Part shown: one piece after another, positions 24,601 through 38,150 of the stretch
Numbering within the stretch: the stretch's first letter is position 1
How the letters are laid out: each line of letters starts with the position of its first letter
Origin: Cyanophora paradoxa CCMP329
Lineage: Eukaryota; Plantae; Glaucophyta
Assembly (NCBI GenBank): GCA_004431415.1
Contig: QPMI01000089.1
Span: 248,001-312,000 of the forward strand
Length of the DNA stretch: 64,000 bases
Reading direction: 5' to 3'
The notes under the pieces: generated by a model
Seen by the model: the letters and a program-made list of their open reading frames with translations, nothing else
What the model was told of the DNA's origin: nothing
Databases searched by the model: none
Made by a program: the position numbers and the translations under genes

Positions 24601-27600
24601 AGGGCGTCCAGAGCGTGTCCGTTCTGTGCACGGGCCTCGGCGGCCCGTACGCCGCCCTCTCAGCCGCCAACGACAGCGATGCGGCGGCGGGCTTGGCGCT
24701 GACGCTTGCGGTCGGCGTCTCCTACGGCGGCGACTACAACCTCGCCTGCACCGCCAACGTCCGCTCGGACACTGCGTACTCCGACGCTTCGGCCGTCCTC
24801 TCCGTCACCGTGCCCGAGGCCACGACGGCGGCGGGCCAGTCGGGCGTCGTCCCCGCCGGCAATCCCGCCACGTACAACGAGCACCTCCGCGTCGGCGCCC
24901 TCGTCGCCTCCCACGAGGAGGCCGCCATCGTCTTCTCCGCCCCGCTCGCCGCCTACCCGATCGGCCGCCGCCCGCCCTCCCACCGCTTCGCCCTCCTCCT
25001 CCGCCTCGCCACGACGGGCCTCTGGTACTGCGATTGGGACCTCGACGCCGGCGTCTGTTCCGTCCTCGAGCACCTCTCGTCCGTCGCCGGCTTCGGCGCC
25101 CCCGTCGACTTCTCCGCTACCTCCCTCTCCCCTTGGCCCCCCTGCGTGCGCCCTTCGCGTGCGGCGCCGCGCCCCTGTCGGCTGAGGGTCCCCAGGATCC
25201 CGACTTCCGGCCGGCATCGCTGGCAGGAATCGATCCTTTCGCGGTGCGTGTCGACGTCGCCTCTGCTTCTGCCGTCGCGCGGTCGTCGCACGAGCGGGGC
25301 GCAGGCGTGCTGGCCCTGGAGCGACGCAGCGTTCGCCTCGCGCGTCGCCGTCGTCGGCCCCGCCGTCGCTGGCGTGCTGCAGCCTCCGGCCGCGTGCGCC
25401 TCCGCAGCCTGCCAGACGTACGCGGCGCAGCGCTGGTCGCTGTCCGCCTTCTCGGGCTGCGAGCCGGGCCCGCTGGGACCCGCCCGGCCCTGGAGTGCTT
25501 CCTCGTGCCAAAATGCCAGCCCGTACGACTTTATGGCGCCCGCGAGAAACTTTTCGCACGATTTCCGCTTGCAACGCGCCGCCTACGAAAGGAGGATGTA
25601 CGAAGCTCTGGCTGGGATCGCTGCCGGCGCCGACACCGAAGCGTGAGTGCCGCGGCCACCCGTGCACACGCGAGCGGCTGATCATGAGGCGGGCCGCAGC
25701 ACCGCCTGGCTCGGCCTCCTCGGCACCATCCACCTCTACGCTCCCGCCGTGCGGCCCGCGCTCGCGAGCGGTCCCCGACCCAGCATACTGACGGGGCAGT
25801 GTACAGACGGCGGGAGGCGAAGTGAATTCGACGGGGGCGCGCCGCCGCATGTTCGTCCTGCAGGCGCGCTTTTGCTCGGCTCGAGCTCCCTTGGGCTTGG
25901 CTGCGCTGTCCCTCACGCCCCGCAGCCGGACCTGCTCGCCGGTGGCGGCAGCGGCGGCCAAGCGCCCCTCGCCTCGGCCCTTTTCGCGCAGGACCTGCCC
26001 CCAGCCACGGGATGCGTCGCCTGTGCGCCCCTCCTCCGACCGCCCCAGCATGCGCAGCGCCTCATGATCACTTGAATTTCGCCGCAGTCGTCGACGTGGA
26101 GGCGAGCGCGGCGAAGCGGACGGCGGAGGCGAAGGCGACGCTCGCGGAGCTGCAGCGGGCCTACAACGCGAGCTACGGGGGCCTCGTGCTGCAGGATTCG
26201 CGCCACTTTGCGGCGTGGGGCCGCGGCATCGCCCACTTTGCCTCGTGGGCCTCCCTCGAGAGCCCCGCTGTCACGGCCCTCCTCAAGGCCCGCCGCTCTC
26301 GCATTCGTTGCCCTCTTAGGCTCCCCCCGCTCACGCCGCGCATGCGCAGGCCTGCTCGCTGCCGCACGGCGTCGCCCTCCTCGCGCTCGACTTTTCCGCG
26401 CTGGCGCCCGCGGGCTTCTCGGCGGATGCCGGCGGCGCGTACGTCCGCTTCCCGTTCCTGACCGAGCCCGCGGCCGCCTTCGCGGACCTCTACCCGCCGA
26501 GCGCCTCCGTGCAGCACTTCGCGGCGGACGGGCGCGTGGCCGCCGGCGGCCGGCTCCTCTACCGCGCCCTCGTCCGCGTGCCCTTCTTCCCCGTCGGATC
26601 TACCGCCAGCTGCAAGGTACGACTCGTCGGCGACATCGTCTGCCCGCAAGCCGCCATCGCCCACGTCACCGCCGTGCACCCGCCGCTCGCAAATCGCCGC
26701 CCCCCGCCCCTCTAGCTCTGACCGCGCGGGGCAGGTGCTCACGTGGGAGGTCGACCCGGCCTCGTTTGCGGACGTCACTGCGTCCGCGCCGCTGCCGGCG
26801 TACCGCACGGGCGCGACGCTGCACGGCCCGCCGCTTGTCATCCGCACGGACCTCCTCCCTCTCTCCGAGCACTGGATCGTCCAGAACGAGCGGCCGCTTG
26901 TCGCGGGGCCCGGCTTCGGCTTCCTCGAGGGGCGGTGGGTGGACCCCACCAACTCCCGCTTCGCCTTCTACGTGATGGGCGACATGGTGCGCTCGCCGCG
27001 CCGCGCCGTTCGCCGCTCGCCGCTCCTGACGCCGCCTTAGCTGTACCGCTTCGCGTGCGCGGCGCGAGGCCCGCACTCCCCTTCGCCTGCGCCCGACGCC
27101 CGCGCAGGAAAGCGGACGCGTACCAGAGCGGCCTGGCGGGTGCGCTCAACGGCTCCGCGCGCATATATGGCGGCGGCAACTGGAACGCGTCGCGCGCCGA
27201 GTGGACCAGCGTCGCGGCGGCCGTGTACAAGGACGGCTCCCTCTTCGTGGTCCACCGCCCCGTCCTCCCCGTGGCGGCGTGGCCGCCCGCCGTCTGACTC
27301 GGGTATGCAGGTGAGGGAGGTGCACACGCCGGCCAACACGCGCGCGTTCGGCTTTGCGACGGACAGCGGCCCGCGGCCGCGGCTCGAGAAGGCGCACCGG
27401 CTGAAGCGCAGGAACGAGCGGGCCCACGCCTCGCAGCTCCTGCGCCTCACGCGCCTCGACGGGGCCGACTTCCGCCCCGATTTGGCGGTCCTACTGGACC
27501 CGTTCCCCGCGACGGTCATCGCGGCGCACGTCGCGGAGGACTTCGCGGGCGGCGCCATGTTCGGCTTCGGTGCCGGCGTCAACGCGTCCCTCGCCGAGCT

Positions 27601-30600
27601 GCCCCTCGTCGTCTTCGTCGTCTCCAGCCCGTGCGCCGCCGAATTCGAACATTCAAACATTTCGAGTTTGAAGGCGGTCCGCCTCCGTGCAGCCCGATGC
27701 TGGTGAGGATGCGGACGGACTGTCCGCCGGGGACGCGCTGGAACTGGGAGGCGGCCCTCGTGAACAACTCCGTGCCGCTCGCCGACCTCTGCCGCCCGCT
27801 GGCGCCCGGTGCCCACACAACCGCCGTCTACTTCCCCGCGCGCTCTGACTTTGGCAGGCCTCTACTCGACACGCGGCGGGCTGCTGTTCGACGCGGACGG
27901 GACGCCCTGTCCCACCGGCACCTACCCCGCCGGGGGCGCCCTCTCGTGCCAGGACTGCCCGGCCGGCACATATTCCGACGCCGGAGCGGCCGTCTGCTAC
28001 GGTGCGCAGCTCCCCGCTTGCCTTGGCGCGATTTTGACGTCGACGTCGCCCTCTATCGGCCATGCAGACTGCCCGATGGTGCGCCCTCGCTTTAACTTCT
28101 CGCCAGCCTTCGATAAGACCCGCCTGACTTGCCACTTCCATCGCACAGTACACGTTCTCCAAGGGGAGAAGGCAGCCATGTTCGTAGCCTTGTGTGCGGC
28201 TCTCCCGTCGCGTGCACACATTTGATCCACGTCGTGCAGGCACGCCGTGCGACGCCAGCGGCTACACCACCGGCCCCCGCTGGCCAACCGACTGCTTCTT
28301 CTGGTGCGCGCCGCTCTACTTGCCACCCCCATAGCGACCCGTTGCCACCCACGCTGCCCGCAGCCCATCGGGAAACGAACTGGTGGTGGGCGTAGGCGGT
28401 TTTAAAACCTGCTCGCGTTGCCAACCGCATCTCTGGGCTCTGAACGGCGCAACCAGGCGAGTGTCGCCTGCTTTGATTGCCAGTCTGCCACTACGTATAC
28501 TGCGCATGCGAACGCTGACCGACTGGCGCCTTAACAGATGCGAAAATTGTACGAGCAGTCGGTCGCCTGCGCCGCGCCCCGCGCCGCGCCTCACGCCCTC
28601 CCCGCAGGCACCGCAGGCTACATCGTCAGCGGCGCTATGACGGGCTGCGAGCCTTGCCCTGCCGGTGCACGCTGGTGCGCCGGTGTGCCCCCTCCGCGTC
28701 CCGAGCTGCCGCAGGCACGTATTACGAGCCGGAGGTTCTGAAGGTGGTCGACGGCTCCTCGCTCTTCACGGCACCTCGCTGCAAGCGCTGCCCGGTGGGT
28801 CAATTCTCCGGCATTGCTGCGCTGAACTGCACTCTGTGCCCCTCGGTCCGCTGCCCACAGCTGCCCGGCCCCCCCTCCGTCCGCGCGCTGACGGACAGAC
28901 CACAGTCGACCACCACAACCGCCAAGCGCGACGGGTGCGGCCTGCCGATGTTTGCCCTCGCTTCCGCTCACTCAGGCCTTGCTTAGCTGCGAACCTTGCC
29001 GCCCCGGGTTCGCCCCAGTGACAACGCCGACCGCCGCTTTCTGCGTCGCGTGCCCCCTGGACTTTGCCTCGCCCATCGGCGCCGCCTGCGAAGCCTGCGG
29101 CCCCGGCTCCGTCGCAACGCTCGATCGCACTTCGTGCAAGCCGTGCCCTGCGGGTCCGCGAACCATTTCTGCCTGCAGATCTAGATCTCGGGGTCCGATA
29201 CTTCACAGGCTGGTACGAACCGATATCGTCGAACGGGAGCTGCCTGCCGTGCAGCCGCAACACGTATGCTTCGAGCGAGGGCTCCTCATCCTGCGTCATA
29301 TGCTCGTATGCCTATCGTCCGGCCGTCACCGATCCACCGAGCGACGCGCCGCGCAGACCCGGCACGACCCCCTCGGACACCCATCGCTTCTGCGTCAGCT
29401 GCCCATCCGGTCCGCATGCTGCGAGGGCTTCGGCATGCACACGCGATGGGCGGCGCAGGAACGTTCCGCTCGGGGTCAATGGCGTCGTGCGAGGCGGTCG
29501 GTATGGGCCAGTTCGCATTCGCTGGAGCCGCCAACGCGTCGACGTGCCCGAGCGGCGCCATCCCCACCACCGCCCGCGACGGCTGCCGCAGGCACTCACA
29601 CCCAACGCCTTCCCTCAGCTCACCTGACCCGCCGCAGCTGCCCAGGCGGAACGCGCCAATCCGATGAGGACTGCATTCGGTGCGCTCGCCTGCCGCGCCT
29701 TCTCTGCCGCGATCCGATTTCTGGCAGGTGCCCCGTCAACTGGGTCGCCTCGGCGCCCGGTTCCTCCACCTGCGTGCCGTGCCGGGCCGGCACGTTTTCC
29801 ACCACCGACTTTCAGTCATGCATCCCGTGCGTCCTTCGCTTTCGTCGACGCCACTCGCTGCTCGCCCTTACCCCAAAGCAGATGCCCCACGGGTGATCCC
29901 TCCCGGGCCGCTCCTGTTTCGCGGCATCTCAGCGGCCGCAGGCACGTACCGTGACGACGCGATGGGCGCGTGCGAGACGGTGCCGGGGGGCTGCGTTGCC
30001 TCGGCCGGCGCCGCCAACTACACCGTCTGCCCCCCGGGCTCCGTGCCGAACGGCGCCACCACTTTCTGTGTCGCCTGTCCGAAGGGTGCGACGCTGCGCG
30101 CCGTCGCCAATCGCGACGGCGCGACTGAGGTGGAGGGCAGGCACGCGCGCGAACGTGACGAGCTGCGAGCGGTGCGCGGTGAACCACATCGCCGCCGACG
30201 TTGGCAGCGCTGCGTGCACGCCATGCGCGTTGGGGTGCGGTCTTCGCTTAGACTGATTACCACCCTGCGTCGCGATCGATGCACGTCTCGCTCGCAGGTG
30301 GGTGGCGTCGGCCGATCAGCAGAAATGCATCAGGTGCGCCCACGGGTCACGGGGCAGCCGCCTCACGCCCCTCGTGCTTGCGCTGATTCCATCGCCCCCG
30401 CAGATGCCACGCCGGTCCGGCAGCGTGCTGTTGACAGCGTGCCGCACGTGATCATGATGGCTCGCCGCGCAGGCACGTACCGGAACGGATCGATGAGCGT
30501 GTGCGAGCCAGTGCCGCCGAACGCCGTGTCGGCGGCCGCTGCCGCCAACTACACGGAATGCGCGCCGGGGACGGTGGTGAATGGGGAACACAGCTCGTGC

Positions 30601-33600
30601 ATGCCGTGTCCGAAGGGAAGCTACGAGGAAGCAGGGAGCTGCACCACGTGCGCCCTTGAGCGCTAGCGGACTCTTTCCCTGCCCTCCTTACGATTTGCAG
30701 GTGCCCAAACAACACCGTCACGTCGGTGGAGGGGCAGACTGCATGCGCGGTGTGTCTAACCGGACAGATCTCTCGCCCCGACCAGCAGGACTGCGTGCGC
30801 TCCGCCTTTCCATGCATGTGCGTCGTCGAATGGGCCGACACCTCTGCAGGTCACGTGCCTCGCGGGCTGGTACCGCCCCGAGGACTCGCTGTACTGCCAG
30901 GCGGTCCCGGCCCGCTCCATCTCCGTCGCTGGCCTCCTCTTCTCCTGCGCCGCGGGCACTGTCCCAAACGGACCAAGGAGCGAATGCTTGAGGTGCACGC
31001 GCCACTAGTACTCTCAGAGAGTCTCTTCCTCGACTGAGATTGTGCGCCTCGCAGCTGCCCGCCCGGTCCGACATTCTCGTGGCTGCAAACGATTGCTGGC
31101 GTGCTGACAACGGCGCAGGGAGCTACCAGGCGGAGGACGCGTGCGTGCCGTGCGCGGCGAACGAGGCAGCGCCGCTGCCGGCGTTGACAAACTGCACCGC
31201 CTGTGGAGAAGGCCGTGTCTCCACCGCCGACCTGCAGAAGTGCATCCGTGCGTCCTCTTCGCTCATTTTCCTCGAGTCCGCCGCCCCTCACGAACCGGCA
31301 GTGTGCGAGGGGGGCTTCTACCGCCACGAGCCGCTTGAAGAGTGCACACGCGTGCCGCTGGGCGCCGTCGCGATGCCGGGGAGCGCCAACTACACCGTTT
31401 GCGAGCGGGGCAGCGTCCCGAACCCCGAATCGACCTCCTGCCAGAAGTGCGCATCTTCCCCTCTCGATATCCGTTAATTCACTCTCCCTGAGCGCTGCTC
31501 TGTCGCGCGCAGGTGCGAAAAGGGTGAGCTCGCGCGGGGGTCCACCGTGACACGGCCGCCTTTCGAATTTGCCTTACCCGCGCGACCACCCGCAGGGACG
31601 TACGAGACAGATTTCGTCTGCAAGCGATGCGCAGGTCCGGTCGCGGCGTTCCGCGCGCCGCCGCGGAGCTGACCCGCCCGCAGGCATCAACTCGTACGCA
31701 CCGGACGCCGGCATGACCGCTTGCCTCGAATGGTGCGTCCCGTTGCCCGCTTCGTTGCTCGCCTCGCGAGCGCGGGCGCCGGTGCATGCGCAGCCCGGCG
31801 GGGACGGTCGCGCGGGCGGACGGGCAGGGGTGCGGGCTTTGCCCCAGGGGTTATTTCCGCGCTTCTGACATGGAGACCTGCACGCCGGTGAGCCGGGGCC
31901 CGCCAGCCGCCGCACGCGACGAGCGCATGACGGCGACGCAGTGCGCGCACGGCTTTGTGACGGTGGCGGCGGGTGCGGCCGTGTGCGAGGCGTGCGCGAA
32001 CGGGACGGAGGCGACCTTGGACCGCACCGAGTGCCGCCTCTGCCGTACGTATACTCAACTCCTCTCCGCTCGCTTCTTCCGCCCACGTTTGCTCTGCAGG
32101 GGCGGGCAGGCACGACCGAAACAAAACGTGCATCGCGTGCGACGACGGCTTCTGGAGCGCCCCGGGCGCTGCCGCCTGCACCCCATGCATACCCGGCACC
32201 ATTTCCAACGCCGATCGGTCCGTCGCCTGCTTTGCGCCCCTGCCGTCCGCTGATGCATATGTCCGTTCAACGTCGGCGGCAGGTCGAAGTGCCTTGTTTG
32301 TCCGGGGGGGACGAGTCGGCCGCCGGACGGCGTCAACTCGTGCCTGCCGTGCAAGGCGAAGCTCTGGTCACCCGTCGGATCGGCCGACTGCCGCGTCTGC
32401 GAGCTCGGCTCGTACGCCTCGAACGATAGGCGCGCTCCTCTGATCCCCGGCCGCGCCCTCTTTTGCGGCCTGAGGCAACCGCAGCACGCGCTGCATTCTG
32501 TGCGACGGCGGCACGTTCATGCCCAACGTCTCCCTTCCTCAACGTTCATGCGTCCAGGCCCGTCCCTATTTCTCATTTGTAATCCTTGCTCACTGTTTCA
32601 CGTGCGCAGTGTCCCGCGAGCTTACACGCTCCCAAAGCAGGGACGACGCTGGGCTGTGCTGAGTGCCCGGCGGGCCATTCGTCGAAGGAAGGGGCCCGCA
32701 GCTGCCCCCCGTGCCCTGCCGTCCGCGACCCTGGCTGCCTCCCGTCGACGCCTCTGAGGGCATTGCATGCAGGGCACGTTCCGACCGTTTGGAGCCGGCG
32801 TCTCGGAGTGCCTCGCTTGCCCGCCCGCCACCTTTGCTCCCGCTCCGGGCGCCGCCGCCTGCGAAAAATGGTCTGTCGCGCGCCACCGCCCGCGACACAT
32901 GCTGCCGCCGCTAAATATATAATGATCACGTCTGCACAGCCCGGAGGGCAAGGTCCCGCGGGAGGACCGCGCCAACTGCAAGAGTGCGTCCATGCGAGCG
33001 CCCCCACGAGAGACCTGACGTGGGCGCAGACTGCGAAGCAGGGAGCGTGCCGGTTAGTGGCGTGTGCGCCCGCTGCACTGGCAACGCAATCTCGGCCCCC
33101 GGCGGTGCGGCCTCCGCCCTAGTGCCTCCCGATGCCGCCGCTGAAGAACGGACAGACGAAAAGTGCGCGCCGTGCCCTGCGGGGTCGGTTGCGAACGAAG
33201 GTCGCTCGCAGTGCGACGTGAGCATTTCTGCTCAGTCCTTTGTCCTTTCTCTCGTCTTGATTGCAGTGCGCAGGTCTGCCCCGCCGGGACGTTCGTGCCG
33301 CTCCATGCGACGGCGCCGACCTGCGAACGGTGCCCGCTGAACGCCGTCTCGCCGGCTGGCGCCAGCGGCTGCTCGGTCTGCGACGTCGGCGCCGTCTCCG
33401 ATGAGGGCCAGAGCTTCTGCGCGGTGCGCTGCAGCCATCGAGATTTGCTTGCGCATGCGGTCGGTTGCGGCGGGTCACAAACCGCAGGACTGCGCGCCGG
33501 GGACCTTCCGTAACGCGACGCTCGAACACTGCCACCCCTGGTCTGCTGGCGCCGGCCTCCTCCCATGGCCAGCCCCGGCCCGCCCCTTTCCCCGCTCACC

Positions 33601-35035
33601 AATACCACCCGCAGCGACACGGGGACGTACGCGCCAGCGGCAAAGGCGACTTCCTGCCTCGGCTGCTCCCCGACGCAGCTGTGCCCCCTGGCCACGTCCC
33701 AGCCCATTGAGCTCGAGTTTTACCAGGCGCGTCCTTGGCCTCGAGCCTTTTGCTCGAGTCTGGCGACGGTCCCCGCAGGGCATGGACGCGCTGGCCGCCG
33801 AGGGCCTCGCGTCGCTCGTGAACGAGACGGCTCTCCCGGCGCGGCGGCGTCTCTTCCGCCTGCGCCTCGGGACCGCGCGGCGGCTGCTCGCGGCGGCGGC
33901 GTCAGCGGGCGGGGCCGAGCCGCTCGCCGACGAGGGCGGCGTGGAGGTCGCCGAGGAGAGCGTCGTGTACGACCGCACGAACGCGACCGTCCGCCGCGCC
34001 GTGCGCATGCGTGCAGTCCGCGCCGCGCTCCGCCGCTCGCTCACGTTCGGCAGGTCGTCAAGACGCAAGAGGCCGCCACTCGGCGGCTGTCCCGCCTCGT
34101 CAACTGGACCGCCGTCGGCGTCGTCCTCGGCGTCGCTTCCGTCCTCACGGGTGGCGTGGCTTACATCTGGCGGCCAAGGCGAGGCCGCAAGCGGCCGCCG
34201 CCGGAAGTGAAGCAGCGGCGGGAGGAGCGGCTCGCCAAGTTTCACCTTCTCTACCTGGCTAAAGTCCACGAGGCTTTGGAGAAGGCCAGGATAAAGAGGG
34301 AGCGGCTGGCGGCCCGCCTTGGAGCAGCGCCGGACGACGCCTCAGTCACGCCGACGCCCAGAACAGAATTCGAAGAAGACGAGGTCGAGCCTGTGCTCGC
34401 CGACAGTACCAGTGCGGCGGTCTGCTCCTCCGCTGTCTTTTTCTCTGAGACTTTGCAGCCGACGAGCTGTCTGCCGCTTCCGCGCTCACGACGATGCCGC
34501 GGAGCCGCGTGAACGTCCTCGTCGCGGACCCCACAACGAGGCTGGCGTCATTGACCATCGAAGCCTTGGACGCAGCTGCAGCGATGGAGCCGGGCCTTCT
34601 CTTCGAGTGGTACGTGGACGGAGCGCTGGTCCTTGACGAAGAGGGGCCCTCGCTGTCGCTCTCCCTCGCCATCGGCGACCACTGCGTTGTCGCCATCGGT
34701 TCGTTGCGTCTTTCTTATGCTGAGAAGAACGCCGTCGACAGAGCGCAGCGATCGACGTCGATGAGGACGAGAGCTTGTTCGGCGAGTCGGAGTACGACCC
34801 GACGTCGGACCCGATCCTGCTGAGAGTTGTGGAGAAACGGCCAGCCCGCCGTCGAGCTCCGCGGGAAGCGAGACCTGAGACGGCAGCATCGTGTCGATCG
34901 CTCGCGCCGATATTGATGCGCGAAGGTCTAGAGGACGGGGTCGAGCACAGTAATCTCGACGAGGAGGAGGAGGATGTCTATGGCATCACCCGACCGAACT
35001 GGATAGAAATCCGCGTGCCCAGTCGCCTAAAGTGA
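21613..35035 (+). CDS. Giant type I membrane protein: two LamG/ConA-like domains, many ephrin-receptor-like (GCC2/GCC3) Cys-rich repeats, one TM helix
   Basis: N-terminal hydrophobic segment (LLLSLAIATSLFLLSA). LamG-like motifs NQW|THVAITF..YING..WR|VWGWELTAAQV and GHVAIVF..YLNG..FRIWGANRSADEI. Many CxxCPxGTY-type repeats at 27.9-33.7 kb, then TM WTAVGVVLGVASVLTGGVAYIW followed by RPRRGRKR. Dozens of tiny exons; the full frame was not verified and some lesions are possible. Confidence 0.7.
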
Positions 35036-35557
35036 GAGAGAAATCAGAGGCCGACGTGGCGCATCCCAGTCTAACTATTGCATTGCAGCCGCAGGTTGCA
35101 AGCGCGGCCGGCAACTGCAACTGGGGTCGGCGCGGCAAAGAAAAGAAAGGCGAACAAGAAGTCGAAGCCGTCGCGATCGGCAGTGGGCGCGGGCTTCACC
35201 TCGGTCGGACTCGGCCTGATCATCATCGCTGGTGCGCTGCCCTGATAATCCTCGCGCCCTCGCTAATGATAATTATCCCTCAGGCTGCTCCGTGCTCCTG
35301 CAATACGTTCGCCCGCGCTCTCCGCGCGCACCGCACTCGTGCTGACGAGCCCGCCAGTACATCGCGAACTACCAGGTCCTGCAGTCGCTCGTGATCGGCT
35401 CCTCGCCGTCCATTGGCGCTGTTGCTGGCGCCTGGCGCGTCTCCGCTGCCTTTGTCGGCTTTCGCGGTGCGCCCTTCGTTCGTTTTCAGTCTGTCTGTAT
35501 CGAGCGTGGGCCATAGGGGACTGCGCCGAAGCGGCAAACGCGACGAGCGTGACAGCA

Positions 35558-37033
35558 ATGGATGCCGGGCTGCATTTTTCTGTCGCCGGCATCGTACCCA
35601 TTGAGGGCACCCTTGCGCCCTCCCTCACCGCCAGCTATATCGCCGCCCAGCGCTCGTGCCTGTGCGCCGTCCCCGCCCGCCGCCTCCTTTCGTGGCGTCG
35701 ACCCGCCGCCAGCGTGGCGTGGAGCTGCGAGCGGTGCAGCATGGCGGCGAACGAGGCGTACGTCGGTCCGTGCTCGCGATCGCTCCTTCCCTGTACGCCC
35801 ACCTGCAGCTGATGGTCCGCCCCGCCCCAGAGTTCCACCTCGTTTCCCGCCTCGCCTTTGCCGTCGCCGTCAACTTTGCCCTCCGCGTGCGCCGCGGCCG
35901 CCTGCCCCACGCCGCTGCGCGCCCGCGGCCAACGCGCCTCAGGCGCCGCACTACGCGTCCATCGTGGGGACGGTGCGGACGAGCCAGGACGGCCTCTTCA
36001 CTGTTTTCCGCGGGAGCTCGCCCGTGCTGGTCCCCGTGCTGCTCACTCCCGTCCACTTCGACGACGCGCGCGACGGCGCCCCGCGCTTCGAGGTCGCGCT
36101 GCAGCCCGCCTCCAACCGCGCCGCCGAGCGCAACGAGGCCTCCTTCGTGCGTTCGCCCACGCTCTGCCGTGCTTGCTCGCTGAGAGCCGCGTGGCGCCGC
36201 AGAGCCTGTGCTCGCCGACGAAGCCGCTCGAGGCGTGCCCCGGAGAGGCCGTCGGCTTCCGCGCCCGCTTCGACCTCAACCCCGTCTACCTCGCGGCACG
36301 TATACTTACCCCCAGCGCGACAACTGACAGCCATCCCGGCTAACCGCGCCGCCCACAGGTGTCGCGGAAGACGCGGGCGACTTTCGTGGACATGCTCTCG
36401 GATCTGGCCGCCCTCTCCAAAGCCGCCATGAAAGCCGGGGCGAAACTCATCCTCGCCTCCTTCGTCGTGCGTCGCGCCCCTCCCATCTCCACCTTTTCTC
36501 AACTCTGCGTTGTCTTCGCTTGCTGACTGTCGCTGCAGGCCTCGCAGATTGCGTGGGTGCGGCCCAACCTACGGCAGATTGATCTCCATCTCTGCTGCTG
36601 ACCACCGCAGTAGGTCATTTCGCAGTATGTGTCCCGCCGCCGCTCCCGCCGCACGGCGGTGCTCGATGGCAAGTGTCAACCCCCCGAGCACCATGGCGTC
36701 AGCGGCGACGATGGCGGTGGCGGCGCTGGTGTCGCGCCCAAGGAGTCTCGGCTAGGCTGGGCGGCCGCTCTGAGATCCGAGGTTACGCCGATCGTCTCTG
36801 CGAGTGACATAACAGTGCGGTCTCGGGCGCGTGCCTGGAGGACGACGTCGACGCTCCCCAACGACCCCGCAGCCCTGCCCGGTCGCGGGTTGCCTACATG
36901 TACAGCTAGACCTTCGACCCCGCGCCGGGCCAGCGCCCTGCTGTGGTCCGCCCCGACACCCAACGAGGAGGGCATAGACATCATAGAGCTAGCGGAGGAC
37001 GAGCTCGCCGCTGTCCCCACCACCATGGCATAG
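35558..37033 (+). CDS. Hypothetical multi-exon protein
   Basis: Coding-like exons separated by GTGCG...CAG introns, from MDAGLHFSVAG to ...EDELAAVPTTMA-stop, then an AT-rich 3' region. No domain recognised. Confidence 0.5.
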
Positions 37034-38150
37034 ACATAGACGTTCTTGGCTTATATTTACCTCTGGCGTACGTACCGTCACGGCGTAGTACCGCTCTTCA
37101 TTTCGATTTTAATCGGTGGAGCTAGATATATATTGCAATTTTATTATTGGTCTTGTTGGTGTTGTGGCATGGGCGCTTTGAGGCTTCATATATATTCAGA
37201 TTCAGAATTAATATATAATCCCGCAGGAATCATGTACCCCTAAGACAGTATAGGCGCGGCTAGCTAGCCATGAGGCTAGACGTTCGAGAAGCTTCAGGAA
37301 GGCTCTAGTCCCTCGAGCCGTGCGGCCAGGCCGCCCAGAAGCTTCCAGCCAGTTTAGATATAAGCCGCCTGCAGCCATGTTCCGGAGGCATGCGCAGTCA
37401 CTGAGTCCGTGCCTGTGGCTGAGGCGTCTGTGCCTCGCTCGTCTGTACCAGGGAATACGATTGGCCAGGTCTGTCTCTCTGCTTGTCCGCGGAGCTGGGG
37501 TCAGGTGCCAGGGTCCTAGGGCTCTCGTGAGCCTCTGAGCGTCCACGGGGCGCATCTAAGACCGAACATTGGCCCGCTGTGCTGTGCTGTGGCTGCCCAG
37601 CTGTGCTCCCAGCCCGTGCGCTACACGCGAGATTGCCGCAGTGCCTTCTCGTCCTCCTCAGTTTCATCTCTTATGCTTATTGAAAGCTTGTTTTCTCGTC
37701 TGATAGCTCATGATCATGATCATGACTCATAGTTGTCCTTCTGACATATCGGCCTTGGGGAAAGGAGAGGCCCTTAGGTCTGTTGGTTTGATGTGACGGA
37801 TTTCAAAAAGCGAAATTCGCATAAATGAACAGACCTATTACCCCGTTTTCGACCCTGGGGAACACGATGGCCGGGCCCGTTTTCCTATCAGAGGTCTCTA
37901 ATGGGCAGTAACAGCACCTCGAAAAGCACAGAAAAGCATTTTCCCGGAAAAAAATAGAAAGCGCAAATCACATTGGCCTTCCGAGTCGAAATTTGAAAAT
38001 TACTAGGTGCCCGGCCACGTTTGGCGCGCCGGGGGGGCAAGGGGGGAATCGGGAGCTAATGAAAGAGTAGTAGGTGCACGAACATGCACGGGGCAGATGT
38101 AGATCGACCCCGGCCCAGCGCGCGCGGCAGGTTGAAGTAGTAAAGATAGA

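Noticed and set aside
37240-37562. Solo LTR or SINE flanked by a CTAAGAC direct repeat
   Set aside because: A 7-bp match can arise by chance; there are no TG..CA ends, tail or second copy in the window.
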